A stretch of 64,000 nt of DNA from Camelus ferus (Eukaryota), in the NCBI RefSeq assembly GCF_009834535.1, contig NC_045707.1, positions 54,190,001 through 54,254,000 of the forward strand, written 5' to 3'. The translations under genes were made by a program, and so were the position numbers. The notes under the pieces were generated by a model. It saw nothing but the letters and a program-made list of their open reading frames with translations. It ran no database searches and was not told where the DNA came from. The first letter of the stretch is position 1. Each line of letters opens with the position of its first letter. This document shows positions 25,905 through 36,864 of this stretch, in pieces.

Positions 25905-28309
25905 ATACACAAACACTCACATGTCACAATGGGATCTATTTTTAACTAGCTGTTATTATATATAGTAAAGATATTAGGGTCTTTATTTGAGAGAACTCTT
26001 CTATAAGGTACTGGCTTAATTAATAATGAATCTTTAGTTTCTTCAGGGCTACATGAGTTTTTGTTTTATAAGGCTGAAGTTTATCTATCTCTGCCAATGG
26101 AAGGTCCATATAAAATACTTTATGAGTGGCTTTATTTTTTTCATTCACTCAGAGTCAATTTAATGCAACTGATATCACATAAGACTAAATTTTAAGCTTG
26201 TATTGAGATCATGGTTACACTATAAACCCCTGAGGGCAAGATCTCTGTCTGAGAGTGTATTCCTGTATCCTCCATGATCCTGAGCACACCGCTTGACACA
26301 AGGTATACATTCAGATTTGACAAATAGCTACATTTCCCGTACATGACACAATTTAAATTAATTCAACAAAATTTTATCTAGCACTTCCTGTGTGCTGTTG
26401 TTGTTCATGGTGTGATGTATCACTGCCCACGAGTAAATCCTATCACCTTATTTAATGAGCATGATGTACTGATTATCTCATTAGGAATTTAGGAGGTGAT
26501 TTTTGGGGGCACATAAATTGGCAACTCACGCCAGTAATACTACAAGTCAAAGGCGTTCTGTTTTCTCCTCTCTTTTCTTTTTTTCTTCCTACACTCCCAC
26601 TTTCCTGACGTGCTTCTTCAGGACCCCCCTGGCCTCCAAAGCCGTGTAATGAGGTGTCCGAGCCAGCGATAATCCCCTGAGGTTCTCAGCGTTCCACAGT
26701 CCCCTCTCTCCCTTCCCTCTCGACAATGAAAACTTGAGACCAGTATTTTGGAAAAGCATTTCTGGAAGGCTGCCAGCCCCTGTCCTGGACATTAGTGAGG
26801 CTAGATTTTTCATTCCATTCATGTGACCTTATTTCTTCTTAAGAAAAAAATGTCATAGGTTTTTCAAACTTGGGAGCATTGGTAGCAAAGACAATAGAAG
26901 CAAAAATTAAAGTCATTTCACAGAAGCCAAAGGAGAAAGCGAGAGACACTTCAGCGCATATAACAATGTTCCTCTCTTCTTTTGAGGGCCATATGATATG
27001 TGCGCTTATGATTCATTGCACACTGACACTTTCTGATTACTCCACAGTGAAAGGGCCTTTGCCAGAAATGAACCCTCCATACCGTGCTTTCATGTTTGCC
27101 GTGTCAGCCTCCTCTCATACTGACTGTACACGGGTTCTTTCATATTTCATTCCTCACGGCATTGAAAGACAGAAATATCAGCACACAATGGCTTGATTCA
27201 CAGTGATACAGCCTTGAAAACGCCCCAGACACAGTGGGCTTCGTGTGGCTGTGCCACACCCAGGAACGCAGGATCTCGGGTAGAGTCCGGGATTCAGTCA
27301 CCGCCTCACCACCTGATGCGCCGGCGTTAGGTTGCTGAATAAGAGGCTACATAACACACCTCGAAGGAGGTTTCTGTACTCAGTGCCAGTCAATCAGTCT
27401 TCCATGGGCCCCAAGAGCATCTTAAATGCTTATATTCAAAGTTCAAAAAGTGATTAAGGCTTGGGGGCAGTAGGTTTCTCTGAAACTTGTACCCAAACAG
27501 CCATGGAAATCAACATGGCCGGCACTTCAAAACACATGTTGAAAGTGAAAGGTTAGTTGAAGGTCATGAGGGGGTGACAATTCACCTTATGTCCTCTCAA
27601 CATGGTTCACAGTCAAAAGTACCTTGTCTTCCAGGTTACCTAATCTTCTCCCTCTATCAGTGGAATCAAAAGCAATAATCCAGAGGAGATCTCTTCCTCC
27701 TTGAGGCAGGAAGCTTCCACACTCTGCCACTCATGTATTCTTTGCAATTGATTAAGATCGCCTTAGATGTGGGGGAGCTGTTTCTGATCCTCTTATCACA
27801 GTGTAAAGTAAAACATGCTTGACTGGTTAATAAAAATGGAAGATGGAGTTACAAAGAGGAAAAGTTCACTTGAAAGTCCAAACAGAGACTAAAGTTCTTC
27901 GGTCACACCCAGGAAAGACAAGCATGTTTTAGAAACGGAATTAACGGCTCCCTGGCAAACTTTTTCTAATTTACCATTAATTATGAATATAGCTAAGAAA
28001 AAGGGGCATTCTATATTAGCAGGTCTGAATTCAAATATATAAAACAAAACCAAAAAAATAAATGTTTTCCAGGTTTAAGTTCCACAGTCCAGGGCTGCAA
28101 TTGCCAAAGGCATCTGTAAAAGTAATTTTTTCATGTGTACAGGGAACACTAAATGAGTTCACTGTACTTCATAAGTTATTAATATGTATGATTTTTAACT
28201 TCCTCTTTCATAAATCACTATTCATTCTCTCTAGATTTTCCATTTATAATATAACCCCGTTTGGACATTGCACAAGTAGTCACTTCTCTAAAGTTTTGCT
28301 ATAACAATT

Positions 28310-28640
28310 AGGGAGAATCTTAGAACAGGGGACCTTCAGTGGATCTTAGAAGTCAGCTAGATTGGCCTCTCCTTTTATAGTTGGGGAACCCAAGACACAG
28401 AAGTGAAAGTCAGAGCCATGTTGGAACTGGCTCCCAAACAATGCTCTTTGCTTGGGAGACCACGTGCACCACAATGGTCACAAGCGCTGGTTGCGCAGCC
28501 TGGCTGCCAGAGTTTGAATCCCGGCTTTACCACTGACCAGCTGTTTTACTCTGAATAAGTGGTTTAATCTGTGAACCTCAGTTTCTTCATCTACAAGGTG
28601 GGGATAATAACAGTAGCTGCCTCACGGAGTGATTTCGAAA
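28310..28640. mobile_element. Two MIR SINE fragments
   Basis: tttgaatcccggctttaccact...ctgtgaacctcagtttcttcatctacaag. Confidence 0.75.
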
Positions 28641-29799
28641 GTTGTCAATAAAGAGTTTATCGGGATAATTTTGCTATATTAATCTTTGTAATGTATCAAC
28701 CGTTTTTTAATAATCTCACCCTCATTTGGGCTGTAAGAGCTGAAGCCAAAATTTTCTCCAGGGGAAGTTTGCTTGAAAGAAATTTTTTTTTGATATCAAA
28801 CAATCACCATGACAAATTCTTAGTTTCCGTATTCCAAAGCCTCTTAGCAGAGTATTTGATGTCACTAAATGTCTATTTTTATTAACATCAGTCTCTATTG
28901 CCCAGTCATTCAATAAAACGTAAGAATCACGAGATCTTTAACGAGCTAGTACATATAAGAAAAAAATAGAAAAAATTAAAAACCAACTATAGAATGTAAA
29001 GAACACTAAGCATTTAATATTTATTATGGCTCTCAGTAACTTACTTTTTGAAGATGCAACTATTTTGATTTTCTACAGGAAGAACATCTTTTATTCACAC
29101 TCGCTTTTATGTAAGGAGACTCACCAACTTATATCTAGGACTTGTCATGCCACTCGGAGTGCATTGTATTAACGCACACTTCTCTCTGTGGTTGAAAACT
29201 TCATAAGAGGCCCCTTTCGCTTCTCAAGCCTCACATCAATGGAGACGTTTTAGGACATTGCTAAGCACTTAGAAAGAGTTTGCAATGTGGTTCATTTTAG
29301 TGCTGGGAAATTCTTCTTGGTGTTACCCTGACCTCAAGTGGTCTATTTCCTAATGCTTTAAGCAGTAAAAAAAAATCATATTACATTCAAACCTATTTTA
29401 TTATTTCTACAGTTTATAAATAGATAGGAAATACCAATCAACTTTAAAAAGCCAGAGTTTTCCTTAAAGTCCGAAACAGAATTATTAGGGAGATCGATTT
29501 GTTCTTTGGGGTTCATCCGTCTCCATTTTTGTCCTCCTTTTCATTACCGTCTCTCTACATAGCTGAAAACTGTACGTGGATTCTTACTGTGTCCTGGACC
29601 TTACATTTGGTGTTTCTACCTCCTTTGATGGTTTTGCACAACGTATACCTTTATTTTCCCACAACAAAACCTATGTGTCTATTCCCTCAAGACCCTGGGT
29701 GGATTAGATATATTTTCTCAACCTCTTTCCTCCACAGTAAAAGGTAATAAGAACGCCTACACCAGTCTTCTGAGATCTATCCAAACTGTGGGATTACAA

Positions 29800-30040
29800 T
29801 AGCATATGCATAAGATCACAGGCTCACAGGTCAGTCAGAGATCATTTCAAAGCCCTTTTTAGCTACACACTATGCCTCTTGAGTAAGTCGCTTAAGTTGT
29901 CATCATTGGTAAAATGGATATAAACAGTGAGACTGACTTCAAGGGGTTGCTGACATAATAAAATGAAACAATGCAGGTAGAAGACTTAGCAATGTGCACA
30001 GCACACAAAGTGCCCCAAAACACTAGCCATTGTCACTGTC
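29800..30040 (+). mobile_element. MIR SINE
   Basis: ttgagtaagtcgcttaa...gtaaaatgga...gggttgctgacataataaaatga. Confidence 0.55.
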
Positions 30041-30759
30041 ATCATGAAAAGCAACTGGCACAGTACTTGGCCTGTGTGGAATACGTGGAAATTACTAAAA
30101 ATTAGTGCTATGGCATTTGACAATAATAGGAACAAATGCACACTCACTTCTAGGTTAATAGGGAACTTGCCATCTTTCAGATGCAACACGATCTATATTA
30201 ACTCTCTGGTGGCACTCCACCTCATTCAGACGATGGAGGTAAGCATGATTTGGAAGGCAGATCTGTGGTTCAGGACGCTCAAACTGCAGCTCACAGGGGG
30301 CCAGCCTTGTCCTCTGATCACACACCAGGCCTGCCCTGACTGGCTGTTGCCTATGGGGACTTCAGCCGTATCACATGTGCTTTTCATTAGTGAGAATTGT
30401 ATTTAACTTTGAAGTTCTTGTTTTTAAATCCAATAATACTAAATATTCAGCAATCCAAATTACATATAACTGCTCTAGGATTCTACACAGCTCCTTACAG
30501 GCTTACCAATTTCTGGGTCAAGTACAAACTTTATTTTATATACACTAAACCCCAAAGACATTTATTTTGGAAACTTTTTGGCGCTCTAGTTCAAAACAGA
30601 TGAACACGACCCACTGAAGCTAGGTCTATTCGATGAATTATGTAATCACATCTCTGAGTCAGGCATTCCAAAGGAACTGCTTTTAACAATAAAAATCTGG
30701 TCAATATACTCATTTTTCCTGAGGAGAGCATCAAAATCTACATTTCTATTTCCCAAAGT

Positions 30760-31005
30760 AGGTGCTAACTGACAAAATTTCTGTGATTATTTGACTAGAT
30801 CAAATCCCCTGCACTATACATCCCCTCCTAGAGCCTGACTCCGCACATTAACATGTTAAAAGTTCTGAAAATCCTAGAGGACAGAAATCTGTTCAAACTT
30901 GTTTTGCCTAGCTGGTAAACAGACTTGTCACATATTTTCGTTTGAAGAGCACACCTATTACCAATCCAAGGAATCAGTGTTCCTTAAAATATATTTTGGA
31001 GAAAA
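30760..31005. mobile_element. Probable hAT-Charlie-type non-autonomous DNA transposon fragment
   Basis: End aaggaatcagtgttccttaaaatatattttggagaa resembles MER3/MER5-group termini; subfamily not assigned. Confidence 0.4.
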
Positions 31006-31630
31006 ATATTAATTTTGATGACTAATACAGAAAAACAAACTTCCCCTTAGATTGAGTAAGTGAGCAGCATTTGACATCTCAGCTGTCGCTTCCAGTCCCT
31101 GGAAAGGAAAAGCAGCCCAGTCTCTTGCTACAAGCTAGATCAGTTACATACTTAACAGCCTGCTATTGAACTCCACATGCCTCTGTCTTTGTGGTTAGAG
31201 GTGCTGGCGGAATTAACTGAAGATAATTGATAGAGTTTCACAAAATTCTAAACCAAGAACTTCAAAGTTAAATACAAAAAAGCAATTTCTACTAAACACC
31301 TCAAAAACAAGTGTAAATTATATCTTAATAGTTCAACCACTAGCAACCTACAGTGGCAAAGTGTTAGAATTAAAGGTGTTGAATCTATTCGTTCAGACAC
31401 ATTTAATAAGCATTTGTTGAGCACCGAGCACTGGATGTCTAGACACTGGAGGTACACTGTTGGGGAGGTACAATCTCTGTCCTTAAGGACGGTGGCAGAG
31501 ATGGATGTATTATATGAATAACAGAAGTGAATACTGTGATGGGGTAGCATAGGAGGCCATGGGGACAAATCAGAGGGGTGTCAGCCCAGTCCTAGTGGGG
31601 TGGGGTTTCAGAGAAGACTTCCCTAGGACA

Positions 31631-31774
31631 TAGGGTTGCCACATAAAACAGAGGATGTCCAGTTATATTTGAATTTCTGATAAATAAGGAATAATTCCTT
31701 AATATAAGTAGATACCCATGCAGTATTTGTAACTGGGTGTTCCACATCTTTATTAGTTAAATCTGGCAACTCTA
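31631..31774. mobile_element. MER53-like hAT MITE, internally deleted
   Basis: TIRs TAGGGTTGCCA...TGGCAACTCTA; internal ccagttatatttgaatttctgataaa; CTAGGACA on both flanks. Confidence 0.85.
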
Positions 31775-32509
31775 ACTAGGACATGATGTTTAAGTTGCAG
31801 TCTGAAGTAAAAGAGTCAGATGGAGAAACAGAAAAGACCCATGGAGGCAAACGGACCCACATGGACAGAGCTGCAGATTTACATCTGGGCACAGTGCCTG
31901 CAGAGACGTACGAGCAAGTCGGTATGGCAGAATTAGGGATTTGGATGGAGGGGGCAGTTGTAAACATATTTTAGAGTGTCTGCTTTCTTTAGAGGTGATG
32001 GGGAGCCAAGAGATGGCTTTATGTTTAGTGTTATCAGATTGGTGCTTTAGAAATAGCAATCTGGAATTGGGCCAGACTAGATGCACGAAATCCATTAAGA
32101 GAATGCTGTTAGTAAACTTACTGAACGATGATGGTGCTTGAATTAATGTGGTGACCATGAGGATGAAGAGATATTCATGACTTCAAATATATTTCGAAAT
32201 TACTGTTATGGTTGGGGGTTCACATCCTAAAGTCAAATGGCTCTGCTGCTTGTGAGAGGTGTGTGGTTAAATACCGTGGGGGTTAAGAATAAAGGCATTT
32301 CAGTCTATGTATAGAAAGCCCTCTCTGAGCTCAGGTTCTCACTATTGCTATGGGTCTGATAATAACATAGGATTATTATAGTATTACATTAAATAATACA
32401 TTTCAAGTGTTTAGCACAGATCTTGGTGACTGATTGACTATGAGAGAAAACACAGAGGGGTAAAGAATGACAGGTTTCTTTTGGGGAAATTAGAATAAGA
32501 AAGGAGGAA

Positions 32510-33967
32510 AATCAGAAGAAACCCAGAAACAGACCCCCACAGGTATTGATCTTTGACAAAGGAATAAAGGTGATTCAAGGGGGAAGGGAGAGTCTTTTCA
32601 ACAAATGGTGCTGGCACCAGTGGACAGCGACATGCAAAAAAGTGAATCTTCACACAGACCATATGCTATTTACAGGAATTAACTGAAAATGTGCCAAGGA
32701 CCTAAAGGTGAAAGACGAAACCATAAAGCTCCTAGGGGTAGTAGAGGAGGACTTTAGGTGACCTTGGGTTTGGAGACGACATTTTAGATCCAACATCACA
32801 AAGTATGATTTATGAAAGAGAAAGTTGCTAAGTTGGACTTCATTAAAATAAAAATTTCTGCTGTGTAAAAGACACTGTCAAGAGAATGAAAAGACCAGCC
32901 ATGGAATGAAGGAAAAAATCTTCACAAAACACATTTCTGATAAAGAACGTGCATATGAAAAAGCCAAAAAGCCCTTAAAACTCAATAATAAAAAAACAAA
33001 CCCAATTTTTAAAATGGGCAAAGGAGCTGAACAGACACCTTATCAAAGAAGACATACAGACGGCAAGTAAAGATATGAGAGGATGTTCAGTATCATATGT
33101 CACCAGTGAACTGCAAATTAAAACAGCAGTGGGAAACCACTATGTACCTATTAGAATGGCCAAACTCCAGAAGTCTGACAATGCTGGATGCTGTGAGAAT
33201 GTGGAACTCCCACTCATTGCTGGTGGGAATGCAAAGTAGCACAGTTATTTTGGAAGACAGTTTGACAATTTCTTACAAAACTAAACATACTCTTAACATA
33301 GAATCCAGCAATCATGCTCCTTGGTATTTACCCAAATGAGATGAATACTTATATCCGCACAGAAATCTCCATATGAATGTTCATAACAACTTTATTCACA
33401 ATTGCCAAAACTTAGAAGCAATCACGATGCCCTTTAATAGGTGAATGGATAAACAAACTGGGGTACACTAATCCACACAATGGAGTATCATTCGGTGACC
33501 AAAAGAAATGAGCCATCAAATCACAAAAGGACAGGAAGGAAGCTCAGATGCCCTTCGCTAAGCTAAAGAGGCCAATCTGAAAAGGTGACATTCTGTATGA
33601 TTTCCCATATGATACCCTGGAAAAGGCAAAACTATGGAGACAGTAAAAAGATCATTGACTGCCAGGGGTTAAGGTGGAGGGAGGGATGAATAGGCAAAGC
33701 AGAAAAGGTTTTAGGGCAGCAAAACTATTCTGTATACTACCGTCATGATGGATACATTCGTCAAAACCCATAGCATATACACCACAAAGCGTGAACTCTG
33801 TGTAAACCATGGACTTCAGTTAATAACAGGATATCTAAATTGACTCACCAACTGTAACACAGCCACCACACTAAGGCAAGGTATTAATAACAGGAGGGAT
33901 GTACAGCAATTCTCTGTACTTTCTTTCCAATTATTCAGTGAACCTAAAACTGCTCTCTAAAAAAAAA
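32510..33967 (+). mobile_element. Old L1 (L1MC1/2-like), ORF2 3' part and 3'UTR, degenerate
   Basis: ttgatctttgacaaagg, ttttcaacaaatggtgctgg, aaaatgggcaaagg, ggaaaaggcaaaactatggagacagtaaaaagatca; ends aacctaaaactgctctct followed by an A-run. Confidence 0.9.
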
Positions 33968-33977
33968 TTCACATAGA

Positions 33978-33981
<4 letters not shown>

Positions 33982-34040
<59 letters not shown>
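33982..34040 (+). repeat. (TG)29 microsatellite
   Basis: Directly visible, just after the L1 tail. Confidence 0.97.
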
Positions 34041-34044
<4 letters not shown>

Positions 34045-34306
34045 CTGCAGAAGAGAGATCTGGGGTGTGTTCAAGGGTATAGTTATTGCAGTCAAAATAC
34101 CTGCAAAGAATACTGGTGATGAGGAAAGAAGAGGACGGAGCAGAGCACCCAGAGTCACCCGTATTGAGACACAGAGGAAGAGTGGACTGGGGAGAAGAGA
34201 GGGAAGGAAGGAACCAGATGATGAGGTGACATAGAGACCAGCATGGAGACTCCTTTCAGCAGGAAGGAGCAGCCGGAGTCAGAAGTGCCAAATGATTCTG
34301 CGGATT

Positions 34307-34752
34307 TGGATTGGTTTCCTCAGGCTGCTGTAACAAAGTACCATCAAATGGGTGGCTTAAAACAACTGGAATCTATGGAGTCCGAAATCCAAATGTTGTT
34401 AGGTACCACATCCCTGGAGGTCCTGAGGGACATTCTGCCCCACACACAGGCTTAGCTTTTGGTGGCTGTCAGCAAGCCTTCGGGGTCGTTGGCTTGTAGA
34501 CATACCACTCCAATCTCTGCCTTCATCATCGCCTGGTATTATCTTCCAGTCTGTTTGTCTGTATCCAAACTGACAGGGAGGGAATATCATACCCCTCTTA
34601 TAAGGAAAGCAGTCATTGGATTAGGAGCCATTCTAACCCAGTATGACCTTATCTTAACTGGATTACATCTCTAAATGCCTTATTTCTAAATAAGGTCACA
34701 TTCACCGGCTCTGAGGCTTTAAGACATTTAGGGGGACACAGTTCCACCCAGA
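34307..34752 (-). mobile_element. MaLR solo LTR (MLT1B/C-like)
   Basis: ggctgctgtaacaaagtacca...ggtggcttaaaacaac; ccagtatgaccttatcttaac; aaataaggtcacattc; gggggacacagttc. Confidence 0.85.
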
Positions 34753-34814
34753 AAGGAATTGATGAATGAAGTGACCACTGGATCTAGGTTGGTGATCTTG
34801 AAAAAGTACTTTCC

Positions 34815-35140
34815 ACACTATTCTGTACACCTGAAACTATCACAATATTGTAAGTCAACTATACTTCAATTTTAAAAAAAGAATTAAGGTTGTCCAAAAA
34901 TATTGAGCTGAAAAGATGACATTGTAAATAAATATTAACAATTTGAAACATACTGTATCAATATAACAGAATACTTAGCAGCCCTTAAAAATCCTGTTGT
35001 CAAAAAGAGGCAGTTAGGAGGAGCTAAGTGAAGAAAGTAGTTCACAAAATAAGAAACAGGGCATGATCCCATTTTTTAAAACTAGATGTATAGAATGTAT
35101 ATGCATTAAAAAAGAACTGGATGATTAAATTTTAAAAACT
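34815..35140 (+). mobile_element. Short L1 3' tail plus older L1ME-like fragment
   Basis: tgtacacctgaaactatcacaatattgtaagtcaactatacttcaatt followed by A's; then L1ME-like AT-rich text. Confidence 0.6.
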
Positions 35141-36479
35141 ACTTTCAGTGGATGGGTAGAAATCAAAACCCAACTGTGGAGGTTTGAATAGAGAGTGACA
35201 AGTGGAAAAGGAGACATATCGAGTGCAGACACATCTTCACAGAAGTTCTGAGGCAAATCTGGAAGGAGTGAAGGGGCATGAAAAAGTTTTACCCACTTTT
35301 TTTTTAAACAAATGAGATTAGGTAAATGTTGGAAAGGAGTTCAGACAGACAGGAGATACCAGAAAAACTCTGATAATTTGGAAAAGGATGCAATATAGAA
35401 CAAGGATTAGAATTAGAAAGAGACTATCTCTTCCTCTAAAATAAAGCAGAAGGAAAACACAGATATATTTATAGATGCAGTGGCAGGAAATTGACAGAGT
35501 TCCCATAGGATGGATTTTTTTTTCCTCATGAGGAAGATGTAGCGAGGTGAGGGAGAATTAAGGTAAAATATTTGAAGGGTGAACAAGCTTCAAAATGTTT
35601 ATGATTGAAAACGAGAAGAAGGAATGACTACAGTTCAGCATGTGGAGGGTCCCTTTGGGACTGGCCCACATTTTTAGTGGAGTTAATACACATTCTTTTA
35701 GCGAACTAATCTGCACATATTTCTGATTTTTTTTTTTTTTTTAGTGATGGTCATTAGCCCAGGTGGAGGCAGGTGTGATAAAAGGAAACCAGCAGGCCTC
35801 TGAAGGGATTGGCCAAAGAGTAGTGAAAGGATGGGCTGTGATGTTTAAGCTGGAGAAGAAAAAAAGTAGATGTGGAAGGGAGTGTCAGAGAAAGCAGGAC
35901 AGGGTCAGATAATAGCCATGTTGAAGAAACTAAGTTAAAATTGTTGAATGGTAGAGGGTACTGCCAGAGAATGGCAAGTTGGAATTTCAGATTTCCGAGG
36001 TGGCACCACTCTGGGTAATCTGAAGCTCTGGAGTGTCGCCAGACATGCCTGAAGTAAGGGAGAGGTGAGAATTACTAGAGTTGATGCTGCAAGACTGAAC
36101 ACATTATAATCAGCTTATTAAAGGTTTTATTTTTCCTACATCAACAAGAATGTAAAATATAGTTGAATGATATTCAGAATATATTTGTTTTTAAAATATG
36201 CAGCATCCTGACTCTAAACAAAGTTGTGAACTGCTGAGTTTTCTGTGTAGCATCCTCTCCTCTTTGTTGGTGTTTCTTACTACTGTTATCTTGCCCTATG
36301 CTCCTCCATAACAGACCCGCACATTCCCTCCCCTTTAAGGACCTCTTTGCTTTCCCCAATGTTGCCCCCACGCTAAACTTCTCTGCTTCTTTCATTGGAA
36401 TCTTGTCAGTTTCAGTACCTTAGATTTTCAAGTCAGCTCCTTAAAAGTTGTTGAATAGATAAGTGATTCATGCCACTGA

Positions 36480-36690
36480 ACTGAGAGGGAGCAAAGCAGA
36501 GAGAGCTTAGACTAGACCCAACACCTGGGGCAAATCCTAGACCTACCACCGAACTAGTTGTGTGACATTAGGGGATGTTCATCTCTCTGGGCTTCAGTTT
36601 TCTGATCTGAAAGGGGAAATATGAGGACTGGCTCATCTGTCACATAATAAGCACTGTCTGAGTGTTTGGTAAGTCAAATGAGTGTTAATG
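36480..36690 (+). mobile_element. MIR SINE
   Basis: actagttgtgtgacattaggg...ctctctgggcttcagttttctgatctg. Confidence 0.7.
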
Positions 36691-36845
36691 AATTTATGTT
36701 CTTCCCTCACAGACATCTGTTGAGATCCCTGGATACATCAGTTTAACTATGAGAGAGAACTGGAGAGGACGTTTCACACCAGTTGCAGAGTTGATGATCC
36801 CCCCTTCTCTCGATCACATTGGTGGAGGTGCCTCTTACACCTGTG

Positions 36846-36864
36846 CAGTGCCATCTACTGGTAC
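36846..36864 (-). promoter_or_regulatory. Candidate CTCF binding site
   Basis: Minus strand gtaCCAGTAGATGGCACtg fully matches the CTCF core CCASYAGRKGGCRS. Motif evidence only. Confidence 0.55.

Larger units (their letters stand above)
31390..36100 (-). mobile_element. Long fragmented L2 hosting nested insertions
   Basis: L2 tail catttaataagcatttgttgagcac at ~31400; L2-like text resumes at ~31785, ~34045 and ~35145. Confidence 0.6.

Noticed and set aside
33097..34234. ORFs at 33097, 33931 and 33977
   Set aside because: Derived from decayed L1 sequence and the (TG)n microsatellite (VC/HT repeats).
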